This document shows positions 38,640 through 51,550 of a stretch of DNA of 64,000 bases, one piece after another. Made by a program: the position numbers and the translations under genes. The DNA comes from Octopus sinensis (lineage: Eukaryota). The notes below the pieces were generated by a model. The model had not been told where the DNA came from. It ran no database searches and saw only the letters and a list, made by a program, of their open reading frames with translations. The first letter of the stretch is position 1, and each line of letters starts with the position of its first letter. The DNA is taken from NCBI RefSeq assembly GCF_006345805.1, contig NC_043005.1, positions 78,492,001 through 78,556,000 on the forward strand, read 5' to 3'.

Positions 38640-39390
38640 CTGTAATGAGAATCAAAAGTGTATTTGATTAATCATGGAATAAAGGATAAATATTACAAAT
38701 ATTTTGAGAAAAATAACATTAAATTATCATATTCAACATCTCATTTGCCACAAAATATCAGTACTTCATTCAACATTAACACATACTCAAGTAACTGAAT
38801 TAATCCTAATAAGTGTCTTATAGACTCTAAATACCATATGGATTCTATTGTATAGCAGGCAGCAGTTGAAACAAACAATTTATCTAAGACAAACATTTTG
38901 CTTAATTCGAAGCCCTTCAAATTTAAGTTTTTGTAGCATATTTGCATTTTGTGCAATTAAAATAGCAGTAATGATGCTTCACTCTGTAATTTTATGTCGT
39001 AGTTAAAAGCTCGTTCTACTCTGCTAATTTAAAGACAAATACACCATGCAAACAATGTACAATAGAAAACTATGAAATATTATTTACGAACACCTCTTAA
39101 CAGAAACGGCAACCTCTTATCAGACACGTGGAATGCTTTTCTTTTCTTTACAGAGATAGTACTTAAGGCTTTGAAACTTTACACAACTGTTAGCAGACCC
39201 ATATTTTCCTGTACACCATGCAAACAATGTACAATAGAAAATTATGAAATATTATTTACGACCACCTCTTAACAGAAACGGCAACCTCTTATCAGACACG
39301 TGGAATGCTTTTCTTTTTCTTTACAGAGATAGTACTTAAGGCTTTGAAACTTTACACAACTGTTAGCAGACCCAATATTTTCCTGTATGT
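38640..39390 (+). pseudogene. Degenerate Penelope-like GIY-YIG endonuclease C-terminal region with a tandem duplication of about 170 bp
   Basis: Reads NIKLSYS...NKCLIDSKYHMDSIV*QAAVETNNLSKT (compare PLE VKVSYSC...KCL..SIVYKATV..K.YIG) and TPCKQCTIENYEILF (compare CNLCL.EK..IL). The duplication is at about 39041-39210 and 39213-39388. Confidence 0.5.
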
Positions 39391-39469
39391 TATTGCGTAG
39401 AAGACGTTTGAAGCTTTCTAATACAATGACTAACTGTTGCACAATTGCACAACACACTCAGGTGCAGCA

Positions 39470-39820
39470 CATCCACGTGGTTTGGTGGATCAGTCCCACT
39501 CTATGGCACTTTGGGTATGTATCGTCTACCTTAGCCCTGGTTCCGACCAGTGCCTCGTGAGTAAATGAGGTACACGGAAACTATGTAGAATCTCATCGTA
39601 TGCGTGTGTATCTGTTTATATGTCTTTGTGTTTGTCTCGCCCACCGCTCGACAGCGATGTTGGTTTCTTTACGCCCTCTCAACTTAACGGTTCGACAAAA
39701 GAAATGAATAGAATAAGTGTCAGACTTAAAATATCAGTACTGAGATTTATTTTTTCTCTCATGCCCTTCAAGTTGGCACCCCAGCATGGCGGCAGCCCAA
39801 GGACTGAAACAAGTAAAAGA
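39470..39820 (+). mobile_element. SINE family A (diverged)
   Basis: Left and right monomer motifs with a GACTGAAACAAGTAAAAG tail. Confidence 0.75.
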
Positions 39821-39833
39821 TATATATGTAAAC

Positions 39834-39886
<53 letters not shown>

Positions 39887-40164
39887 GATAGACAGACAGA
39901 GAGACAGATACATATATATTTATATAGATAGATATGTTTCTTTATTAGCCACACAGGGCTGCACACAGACAGGACAAAATTACAAGGTAGAGCTTTTCTT
40001 TTGGGGGTAAAAGAAGGGGGTTTGGTTTTCGATCAAAAGAGATCGTAAATGGAAAGAAAGAGGACAAAATAAGGGGGGATATAATTAAAAAAAAAAAAAG
40101 GTGGGGGGAAGAAAAAAAAATTGATCAATAGGGATCGTTATCACAGAAATGTCAATATGACGTG

Positions 40165-40241
<77 letters not shown>

Positions 40242-40244
40242 TTA

Positions 40245-41290
40245 TTTATTTATTTATTGGCTACACAGGGCTGAACACAGAGGGGACGAAATACAAAGTA
40301 GAGCTTTCTTTTTGGGAAGAGGAAAAAAAAGGGAGGGGATTTCAATCAAAAGGGATCGTGGAAAAAAGTCGATCAATAAGGTTCGTATATCACAGAAATG
40401 GCATAATGTAAAAGGGGAAACAGATTTGGTTTATCCGTGGAAAGAAAAACCTACGGAAAAGACCACGGTAACCTCGGGTAATAATGTCAAGCAAAAAACA
40501 CATTACAGTAAGTGATTCTCTGTTTTCCTTTCTTTTTTTGGTTCATAGGATTATGCTCAAGGTGGCTCCGTCATTCACACCTGCCATCCTTGCTACATTC
40601 ACCTTTTTTTTTTTTTGAAACATTCACTAAACGAAACTTACCTCTCTACTCTCACTTTCCTCTTTAAGTGATACTTGAAGATGTTGATAAGAGATTGACA
40701 AGAGAGGAATGTGTTTGTCTCTAGACCTTTCAGACGCACCACCATGCACATTCTTTCGCCATAAGCCCCAAGTACGATGAAAATGGCTCTTCCTTCCCGT
40801 TTCAAGGAAGGAGGCGCGACAATATTCACAATAGACCCGGTTAGATAGATAGATGTGTGTCTGCGTTTGTCCCCAAAACTGCTTGTTAACCAATATTGGT
40901 GTGTTTACGTCCCTGTAATTCAACAGTTCGGCAATTGGGACCGATAAAATAGGTACGTGGCTTTAAAACAAATGAGTGCTGGGACCACTTCATTCGACTA
41001 AAAATTCTTCAAGGCGGTGCTGCATTTTGGCCGCAGTCTAATGATTGAAACAAGTAAAAGAAAAATGATAAAAGATATAATCCTACAATATGAAGGTATC
41101 GCCTAAGACTGGAACTCCTTATCTTCAGAACGAGGGCTGGACAGAGGGTCTGGCCAAACTACAATAAGCCACGTGCCCTTGTCTTCTCCCCACACCCCGT
41201 ACTGCTTCCTTTCTGCCTGAGAGACCCTACAGAAATACCATAAGCACTGTTCTTCCCTTCTTGACGAAGACATAATAACAGAACACCCAA
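40245..41290 (-). mobile_element. Tx1/L1-like LINE 3' fragment interrupted by a family A right monomer (about 40845-41060, +)
   Basis: Minus 40829-40540 reads ...VVRLKGLETNTFLSCQSLINIFKYHLKRKVRVER...VNVARMAGVNDGATLSIIL*, ORF2 C-terminus-like. The 3' UTR ends GTCCCCTCTGTGTTCAGCCCTGTGTAGCCAATAAATAAAT next to a (GATA)n array. A second tail copy lies at about 39935-40150. Clade assignment is inference. Confidence 0.55.
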
Positions 41291-41324
41291 CGATATGCTG
41301 ATTGGATACCATCTTATCATCATC

Positions 41325-41397
<73 letters not shown>

Positions 41398-41517
41398 ACA
41401 TCGTCAACAACATCATCATCATCATAATCATCCAGTTACGTACGGGGGTCAATGTAATTGACTTAATCCTTTCCCCCAAAATTTGAGGCCTGGCGCTTCC
41501 AGTAGAAAGGATTATTA

Positions 41518-41560
<43 letters not shown>

Positions 41561-41788
41561 CATTATTATTTTTTGTTGTTGTTGTTTTTGTTTTTGTTGT
41601 TGCAATTATTGCTGTAGCAGTAGTAGCAGTTGTTGTTGTTGCTGGTGGTAGTGATGGTGATGGTGGTGGTGGTGGCGGCGGCGGTGATGGGTGTAGACAG
41701 TGGTGGTGGTGGTGGTTATCGTGTTGCTGCTGTCGCTGCCGCCATTATAACTGCTGTTGTTTTTGTTGTCCCCTCCTCCTCCTCCTCC

Positions 41789-41825
<37 letters not shown>

Positions 41826-42003
41826 TATCATCATCCTCATTGTTGTTGTTGTTATTATTACTATCCGTGCATTCTTCTCGTCGATTATAAAAACCGTCGC
41901 AGTAATATACTTCTTACGATCCAATCGAATACCCTTCTTACCAACCAATCCAACCAGCCAACCCTTAACACACAACAAACCCAAAAAAAAAGAGGAAGAA
42001 AAA

Positions 42004-42043
<40 letters not shown>

Positions 42044-42231
42044 GAAGAAAATATTGAATAAGTGAAAAATATTAAGGCTTGTGTCTTGTTAAAAGAAACC
42101 TAAGTTACACGGGATTACAATCTCGTAATTGTTTATTACGTTCAATCGAAACCTATTTTTTCAAAAAAAAAATATACAAAATTTTTTTCTCTAATACTCA
42201 GAACAAACGAAAATCGTAATAAATTTCGACT

Positions 42232-42346
<115 letters not shown>

Positions 42347-42502
42347 TATAATAATAATGATAATAATAATAAAATCTATTTTATTATTATATATATATAT
42401 AATATAATATAATATAATATAATATAATATTTATATATAATATATGTAAATATGTGTATCTCTCTGTGCGTGCGGGTATATAAACACACACACACAGATA
42501 TG

Positions 42503-42534
<32 letters not shown>

Positions 42535-42887
42535 TATATTTATACATACGTACGTAACTAATATCATATAATTCTTAGACGTAATAAAATTAGGTAATAC
42601 CAGAATATATTTTAATAACTATTCCGTATATTACAGTATCTCTATGACGGTGTATATCATTATATATACTCGTGCTTGCGAATACACAGAGAGAGAGAGA
42701 CACTCACCTATGAATATACATGCATATAATATATATATAAATATACATATACATAGTATATATATATATATATATATATCTGTGCCTGTGTGTGTGTATA
42801 TGTACTTATATATATTATATATTAGTATATATAAATATGCATGAAATTGTAAAGCTTTGTATGTATATCTACTTAGCGGGGACACAC

Positions 42888-42923
<36 letters not shown>

Positions 42924-43107
42924 ATATAATATATATACATATATATATACCATGTTGCTTATATACTTTGAATTTTCGCACCAACTACATAAATCACACA
43001 ACTGCAAGTGGATGTAAGAAAAGTCATGCCTTATATACATGTGTGTGTATGCATATATATACAGATATACGTATGTATAGATGTGTGTATATATATATAT
43101 ATGTACT

Positions 43108-43162
<55 letters not shown>

Positions 43163-43177
43163 CATACATGCATATAT

Positions 43178-43209
<32 letters not shown>

Positions 43210-44431
43210 CATGTATATTATCATTATTATTATTATTATATATTCTGCGTCAATTAGATGCTGTAATAAATATTGTATCTTTTAATTTCGGTCGAAAACT
43301 CAGCCCAGTTTTATGACTTTGCCATATATGAAATTGTGTGGAAAAAAAGAAATGCGGGGAAGTAGGAGAAAAAAATATAGTAAAATTGGGGGAGGAAAAA
43401 AATGAGTTATTAGGAATCACAAAAGGAAAGAAGGAACAAGGAGAGGAGGAGAGGAGGAGGAGGAGAAATGATGAAGAAAATAAGAAAGAAGGCAAGGAAG
43501 GTGTATGGAACGAATATTTAAAAGAATGAAGAGCCAATACGTTAGAAGAATAAGAAACGGTGATGGTGTGATGGTGACGAAAAGACGAAGAAGAAGAAGA
43601 AGAGAAAAGAAGAAGAAGAAGAACGAAGAAGAATAAGGAGAATAGAAAGGAGGAGGTGGAAAGGAGGAAGAAGAAGAAGAAGAATAGGAGCGGAGGAAGA
43701 AGAAAGGGGGAGGAGGAGAAGAAGGTGGGAGAGAAGAAGAATGAGGAGAAGAAGAAGAAGAAGAAGAAGAAGAAGAAGGAGGAGAAGAAGAAGAAGAAGA
43801 AGAAGAAAAAGAAGAAGAAGAAGGAGAAGGAGGAGGAGGAGGAGAAGAAGAAGAAGGAGGAGGAGGAGGAGGAGAAGAAGAAAAAGAAGCAGAAGAAGAA
43901 GAAGAAGAAGAATTAGGTTTGGGTTTGAATTGAACACTTTCTCGAAACCTCCATATCTTTTCCTCAACCAGCCAGCCAACCAAGAAAGCAACCAACCAAC
44001 CAGCCAATCAAATAACCGACCGACTCAAGATTATTGAGTAAGTTATAGTAAATATTAATTAGAAATCAGTGAATTTATTTCAATATGATGCTAACCTGTT
44101 TAGCTTTTGTCCACAACTAAATTGTCATCGGATTTTGCACAAAAGGGTAATAACGCTGCGAGTCTTGCATAATTCAAAATGGTGGCAGAGGCAATATGCA
44201 TGTAAAATAAAAATGGCCACTCCTAATAACTTTACTAACAATAGTTGGAGTCTCTCTCTTACGCATAGAGAGAGAGACGCAGCGCACAGAGACAGGCTCG
44301 TATATGAGGTATAAGTATGTATGTATGTATGCATGTATGTATGTGTGTATGTATGTATGTATGTATGTATGTATGTATGTATGTATGTGTGTGTGTATGT
44401 ATGTATGTATGTATGTATGTATGCATGCATG

Positions 44432-44465
<34 letters not shown>

Positions 44466-44718
44466 CGTATTCAAAGCTTATCTGTAATTGTGTATGTCTA
44501 TATACACACATACACACACACACGAACATATATATATATATATATATATATACATATCAATATATATATATATAAGGGGTAGAGTACATATATATGCTTA
44601 TATATAGATATGTATACATAGATATATTTATTTATACATATATATATACATTATGTTTGCATGGATACATACATATGCATATATGTATGTATCTGTACGT
44701 ACATATATGAATATGTAA

Positions 44719-44763
<45 letters not shown>

Positions 44764-45487
44764 ATATTATATATATATATATATAATATATATAAATATA
44801 TATATAATATATATATGTATAAATATACATATATATATATATACACACACACATATATATGTACGTGTATGAATATCTATATGTATATTATATCTAATAT
44901 ATATATATATATATATACATACATACAAATATATGTATGCATGTGTGTGTGTACACGCACACACACACGCACATATATACATATATATATGTATGTATGT
45001 ATGTATGAATGTATGTATAATTCATACATATAATTCATATGTAGTGTTTAACGTAACGTAACATTGCTATATATAAAACTCGTAATATGTAAGCACATTG
45101 GCAACAACAGCCCCGAAGGGGAAAAGTTTCTTTCGGCTATTGAACAGATTTTTGCCTGCCAGTAGGTGCCCCTGGCTTTTGGTAATTAACAAAATTAAAT
45201 TGAGATCGTTTCATTTAATAAATAATAATAGTAATAACAATTACGATGACGACGACGACAACGACGATGATGATGATGTGTGGTGGTGGTGATTTGTTTT
45301 ATTATTTGCCACAAGGGCATTTGTTGAGGGGAACACTATTAATAATACTTTCTTTTAAAGCCGCTAGCCTGACGGATTAGGGTACGTTTATAAGGACAAA
45401 GTATGAAAAGAGAAGAGAGAAAAGAAAACTGTATGGGAGTGTGTGAAAGGAAATATCAGAAATAGCAACTAAAGAAATATGGAAAAT

Positions 45488-45534
<47 letters not shown>

Positions 45535-46200
45535 AATCAGGCCTTCTAGCTTCTATTTCTCTGTCAGTCTGAATATTAAAATCCCACAGCATCTTATATT
45601 CCTTACTTTCTAGTACTTTACTAGCTTCCTGTTTATATCATTTATCAGTAAGTTCAAATCGTAGCTTTCTACATAACTCCCTGTTGATTACTCTCCCTAA
45701 GTTTTCATTTCTTTACTTGTATTCTTTCTGTGCCAGCATGCTACATTCACTGTATGAGTAATGCTTTCCTCTTTTGATTTGCATAACCTACATTGGGAAT
45801 CTACTTGGTTTTTGTCTATCTTGGTTTTTATCCAATTAGTCCTTAATGTTTGATCTTGTGCTGCTACAAGCAAATAGTCTGTCTTCCTTTTCAACCTTTC
45901 TTTCTCCAACCATAACCATGTCTCACTACTACTATTTGCTGAAACTATCTTTGGGAATCTACCATACGACGTCTTTTCCTGCCAGTCAGATAATTTCTGT
46001 TCTTTTTTCTGGTTTTTAACTTCATTTGGATTTTTAGTTTTCCTATATCTTGCTGTTACTCTAGCAGCTTTTAATAAGCTTTCTTCACTATTACCTACAT
46101 AGGAGTCTATATCTACCCTAGCTAACTTCACGCTGTCTTCTACAGATATAACCCTTTTCTGCCTTCCTTTGTAGGTAAGCATAATCTTGCTACTATACAA
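45535..46200 (-). pseudogene. R4/Dong-like LINE ORF fragment (RT thumb, CCHC finger, start of the RLE domain)
   Basis: ...LLVAAQDQTLRTNWIKTKIDKNQVDSQCRLCKSKEESITH... then KMLWDFNIQTDREIEARRPDL. It ends in a (GTA)n run and is bounded by ATT/ATC microsatellite. Confidence 0.85.
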
Positions 46201-46304
46201 GGACATTATTATTATTATTATTATCATTATTATTATTATTATTATTCTATGTTTGACTTTTGCTTTATGTCTGTACAAGTTATTATTATTATTATATTAT
46301 TATT

Positions 46305-46363
<59 letters not shown>

Positions 46364-46384
46364 CATCATCATCATAATCATCAC

Positions 46385-47825
46385 CATCCCTTTGAACAGC
46401 TTCTAACGCTGGAGATGGATTTCGGTGTCAGCTGTTCACTATCAGTGAACTAAAGTAACACCTCTTGTTTTTCAAGCACCTTCCAGAGAATTCGAGCGGT
46501 TCCAAGCACTGCTGTTTTCTGCAAGTGCTCCACCCTTATTGCAGCCCCTATTTGTTCCACGTATTTCTCGAGAATTTTGCTCACTGCTCCCAGGGCTCCG
46601 ACAATTATTGGTACTACTGCTACCTTTTTCATCGACCATAACTGCTTAACTTCCCAAGCTAACCTGTCATATCTCTCGACGTTTCTTTCTTCCTTATCGC
46701 ATACCTTGTTGTTAGCTGGGCATGCTATATCTATGATCCAGCATAGTTTGTTTTCTTTCTCAATTAAGAATATGTCCGGCTTCCTATTCTGTATCTCATG
46801 GTCGCACTGAATCATAAAATCCCATAGGATCTTAGCATTTCTATTTTCGACAATGCTTTCAGGTTTGTGGTTGTACCAATTTTTTTTACTGTCAAGTCCA
46901 TACTTGTTTCAAATTGTGAAATGGACAAACCTGGTTATATTGTCGTGGCGTCTCTTATATTCCTTCTGGTCTAGTGGCATACATTGGCTGGTAATATGCC
47001 ATACGGTTTCACCGTTCTGTCCACAGATTCTTCACTTATCACTTTCTACTGTGTTGTCTATTCTGTATTTTATGTACTTCATTCTTAGTGCTTGCTCTTA
47101 GGCAGCACAGATTAGAACCTCCGTTTCCAGTTTTAAATCACTTTTAGTCATCCACAGCCATCTTTTTTCTCTGTCTATCTTATCTTCAACATCCCTATGA
47201 AATTGACCATGCATTCTTTTCTTTACCCACCTATTTTCAGTTTCATTCGTTTTCAATTTCTTGTATAGTGCTTCATCTTTGCAATCTGTCATCCTATACA
47301 AGCCTGACCTTCTTACTCCTAGTAATAGCGGTTCTGTGGCATTTTTTACACACCATTCTATGTTGCTTTTTTTTCTGCTCTAATGCTGTGTTCGCATCCA
47401 ATAAATCCTCTTCCCCCTCTTTTTCTTGGTACATACAGTCTGTCTGAGTCACTTTTTGGGTGGAGTGACCCATATCTAGTTAGCAACTTTTTTGTCTTTC
47501 TGTCTAAGCTGTTTAGTTCGTCTACTGTCCATGCAATTATCCCTACATATCTAAGGAGTGAAATCGCCCAGGTTCTTATTCCGTCCATTTAATTTCGATT
47601 TAAGTATCAGTCTCAGTCTGCACAAGTACTTCACCTTAAATTTTTCTGTCAATTCTTTTCCGTCAATTTATCCATTTCCAAAATCCCCAAGTTCTTATAG
47701 CCTGTCTCTTCTATCTACTTCATAACCTCCTCCGACGGTATCGTTACTCCGTCCATACATTTGATTTTACCTCTCTTCAATACTAACACACCACACTTTC
47801 TCAGTCCGAACTCCATTCTGATATC
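46385..47825 (-). mobile_element. 5'-truncated R4/Dong-like non-LTR retrotransposon
   Basis: RMEFGLRKC...YKNLGILE, RLYVPRKRGGRG, QEQAL...KCRICGQNGETVWHITSQC, RKPDI...IIDIACP, VVPIIVGALG, LQKTAVLGTARIL, then a short 3' UTR and an ATA/ATG repeat tail. Several frameshifts. Confidence 0.9.
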
Positions 47826-48085
47826 GGTGGAATTTGAACTCAGATCGTAAAAACGGACGAAATGACGTTAAGCATTTTGTTTTGCGTGTGCTTATTTTCT
47901 CTTCTCGTCTGTCTTTCCTTCCATCTCATTCTTTCTCACTCTTTCCCCAGTTCATCTCTATTTTCTTCCACCATTTGTTTTTACTTCCCTCTCCTCTCTC
48001 CTCCATTTTTTCGCTCCCTTGCTTTTCCCAGTTCATTTCTATGTTCTCTCGTTTCCTTTCACTTTCACACACACACACACACACA

Positions 48086-48121
<36 letters not shown>

Positions 48122-48748
48122 CTCTCTCTCTCTGTATTTCTCTCTCTACTCCTCTTTCTCTCACACACAAATACACATCAGACATCCAGAAAATGAGTGA
48201 ACAACTATCCATAGAAACGCCACTATATGGCATTATTTGGAACGCATTCGAATGTAAATAACATATATTACTATTTTCATTGATGTTCTCTTCTAAGACC
48301 GTCCTTTCTGCAGCCAGAGAAACCTGCATTTATAATATTCAACCAAAAGGATCTTTTTCTTTCTATCTTCCTTTATATCTTTCGCTATTTTCCCTATTTT
48401 TATCACTATATCTCCCTCTTTCTCCTTGACCTTTTCCCTCCCCCACTTCTCTCTCTCTCCCTTTTTTAACACACTTCCTGAAAGAAATATCGAGTAATTA
48501 TATTTTTCATTATATATAGGAGAATTTTCAGAGAAATTATTTCAGTAATACATCATATAGAAACGAGAAGTTGTTAATATGAGAAATGACAAAATATCAT
48601 CTATTTTGGCTTCACATTTTTCATGCTAGAAAATTACTTTGCTTCACATTGTATTCGCTTCTCTCGTAAGGATTCAAAACTTTTATGTTTGGGTAGAATA
48701 TAATAGATATTCCCCCTTTTTCTCCACAAGAAACATCCTTATGTATAT

Positions 48749-48791
<43 letters not shown>

Positions 48792-49629
48792 ATCAAAAAA
48801 GGGGTCGAATTAATTAATTGTTAATAAATTCGACCAAGCAGTATTCGGTATGTAAAGACCATTTACGGTATATTTGAAGTATTAATTTATAAAAATATGG
48901 TAAAGTAAAAAAAAATTCACTTACCACACACCGAACTTTTCAGAAATAGCAGCCAAAAATTTGGCTATTTCTTCAACTGCAAATAAAAGTCTCCAGACAA
49001 TGCATACTCAGAAAATAACTCACATAGGTATAAGGGAAAAACAATGAAAGATCACATCCATATACGATACCCGAGGACAGTCTGTTTCTGGATTTGTGGG
49101 TAAAACGCCACTTTTCCTTCATCAGCTCAGAGATTTCTTCTGATTTAGATTTGAAAATACTAAGAATCAAACATACCCGTCCGATATCTGTAACATCGGA
49201 CAAACCATGCCAGACACCCAGTACTAGCGAATCCAAAAATACGAATGAGATCTATTATTCTCCCTGTCCACCCACGTGAGTCATATGGGAACACATACGC
49301 CACAGAAACCGGGAAACCGGCCCATGTGCCTTGCTAAGTTTGAAAAGCGCGCATAAATAATAAAAGATATTATTATTATTATTATTACTACTACTATTAT
49401 TATTATTATTAAGGCGGTGAGCTAGCAGATTCGTTTGCACGTCAGGCAAAATACTTAATGGTGTTTCATTCGTCTTTACGTTCTGAGTACATATATATGT
49501 ATGTATGTACACACACACACACACATGCACGCACACATACACACACACGCTCACGCACACACACAATTAAGGATAAAACCACTTTAATGATTTTATCAAG
49601 TGACCAGCGTGAAAAAAAAGACTATAAGT

Positions 49630-49668
49630 GGTTCCATGGTGTAATGGTTATCACATTTGCAGATGGTG
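49630..49668 (+). pseudogene. 5' fragment resembling tRNA-Val(TAC) with the anticodon loop missing
   Basis: GGTTCCATGGTGTAATGGTTATCACATTTGC-AGATGG versus tRNA-Val GGTTCCATAGTGTAGTGGTTATCACGTCTGC(TTTACACGC)AGAAGG (recalled). There is no T arm, so it is not a functional tRNA. Confidence 0.45.
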
Positions 49669-49746
49669 GGGGTTATCCGCACCCTTTAATACTTTATTAT
49701 CTCCCCTTATCCCTAGCCCTCCTGTGTGACCCTTCTGTCCGGCATT

Positions 49747-50432
49747 CGCCATGGTAGATCGCTAGCCACTACACATTCTTATGTTCTCTCCTTGTTTCTT
49801 TCTGTGTTCTTTTCTGTGGAAGAGCGTAGGCTCGAAACGTTTGTTTGTTGTCTATACCACCTGCCTTCGTCTTTTGTCTTTTTGTGAATTCTCCCTATAT
49901 ATATATATAAATTAAATAAGGGTAGAAATTGATATTAACCAATTAAAACCAGTGGCTTAGCATATTTTTAAAAAAAACCCAAAGATTAAAAATTGTTTTA
50001 CTTATAAAATTTAGAGGACTGACCACTATAATTGGACAGCCTATATGCTAAACATAGAGGTCAAATCACCATTACCACGAAGAAAAATCTCAGCAAAAAA
50101 ACAAAATGTAAAAATAAGCAAGACAAATGAAACACATTCTTCGTGGTAATGGCGATTTGACGTCTATGTTTAGCATATAGGCTGTCCACATTTAGTGGTC
50201 AGTCCTCTAAATTTTATATATATATATATATAAAGGGAAAGTTTACGAAAATAAACAAAAGACGAAGGCAGGTGGAGTACAAACAAACAAATGTATAAGT
50301 ATAGCGCTCAGGAATAGAAAAAGTCTTTTACGTTTCGAGCCTACGCTCTTCGACAGAAAGATACACAGAAAAAACAAGGAGAGAAACAAGGAGAGAAAAA
50401 ATGCGTGTAGGAGCTAACGATCTATCATGGCG
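49747..50432. mobile_element. Foldback element made of two convergent Penelope-type pLTR-like repeats
   Basis: Outer arms 49747-49900 / 50220-50432 and inner arms 50003-50084 / 50137-50218 (82 bp, few mismatches, 52-nt loop). There is an unpaired insert of about 100 nt in the left arm. Confidence 0.85.
50323..50362 (-). ncRNA. Minimal type I hammerhead-ribozyme-like motif, variant core (U6)
   Basis: Minus strand: AUCUUU-CUGUCGA-A-GAGC(GUAG)GCUC-GAAA-CGUA^AAAGAC. Helix I UCUUU/AAAGA, helix II 4 bp, palindromic ACGU helix III and GUA cleavage triplet, as in minimal Penelope hammerheads. Confidence 0.65.
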
Positions 50433-50599
50433 TCCTGACTTCGGACAGTAGTCAGACGCGAGGACAGTAGGGGAGTGATATATATATACATCTGTATGCT
50501 GACTACGAGTATAAAAAGTCGCCCAAACATATACGGACATCTAACCCTAACATGTGTATGCACAGCCATGTCAATCTAGGTTTTATGAGTGAAGCTGTG

Positions 50600-51030
50600 A
50601 AACTGGAAAGACAGAAACTGTTCTAAGTCACGTGTACACTCTGCGGCTTAGATGTCTGAGTGACGCTCAGTAGAGTAGGTTGCCAAAAGCTGTCAGTTCT
50701 TTCTCACTAGGATGCGTGTCATTGAAGATTTCGAGCCTGTTGTTTGTCTCTGAGACTCTCTTTCACAGACACTAAAAGCAGTTTAAAGATGCTTCGTTTT
50801 CCCAGAAGGAAAAGGAAATGTTGCATAGCTTCAGATTATCTTTAGTTTGTCTCTGAAGCGCAAGAGTGGCCTTCCAATTGACCTTTCTGCTGGGAATTGG
50901 TCAAAGAGATGTTGCATCGGATTTCTGATATTATTCATACGTAAGAGATGATCTGACCCTAATTGTGTTTTTTTCAATCCTTTGAGGATGTCACATGATC
51001 TGGATGTAGACTGAATCGGGATATGATCAG
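50600..51030 (-). pseudogene. RTE-clade LINE ORF2 C-terminal fragment
   Basis: Minus strand reads ...LGSDHLLRMNNIRNPMQHLFDQFPAERSIGRPLLRFRDKLK, compared with RTE W.GH..RM...R.PKQ......R..GRP.LR.KD.LK. Confidence 0.6.
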
Positions 51031-51204
51031 TCGGTGGTCAGTCCAGCAACCTGTACCACACAGGGCCTTGGTCAGCCTAACAACCTTCTTGTCCCATCTC
51101 TTTTCTTTATAACTTAGACAGTGAAGGCGCGTGGCTTAGTGGTTAGTGTATTCGATGTCCAGCGGCGCTTTGTGCCCTTAAGCAAGACTCTTTATTTCAT
51201 TATG

Positions 51205-51545
51205 TGAAGATGCATGGCTCAGTGGTTAGAGCGTCGAGCTTACGATCGTGAGGTTGTGAGTTCGAATCCTGGACCGTGCAGCGTGTTGTGTTCTTGAGCA
51301 AGACACTTTATTTCACGCTGCTCCAGTTAACTCTGCTGTAGAAAGGAGTTGCAACGTCACAGGTGCCAAGCTGTATCGGCTGCTGCCTTTCCCTTGGATA
51401 ACAACACTGGTGGCGTGGAGAGGGAAAGCCGGTATGCATGGGCGACTGCTGGTCTTCCATAAACAACCATGCCCGGACTTGTGCCTGGAAGGGTAACTCT
51501 CTAGGTGCAATCCCATGGTCAGTGCCGTGACCGAAGGGGGTCTCA
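51205..51545 (+). mobile_element. tRNA-derived CORE-type SINE
   Basis: TGGCTCAGTGGTTAGAGC...GAGTTCGAATCC head and CORE-like TTGAGCAAGACACTT. A partial head precedes it at about 51125-51200, and the same family head occurs at 63890-64000. Confidence 0.8.
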
Positions 51546-51550
51546 GATTC

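Noticed and set aside
43417-44037. Poly-K/E/R/S/L ORFs
   Set aside because: Translations of (GAA)n and (GGA)n trinucleotide arrays.
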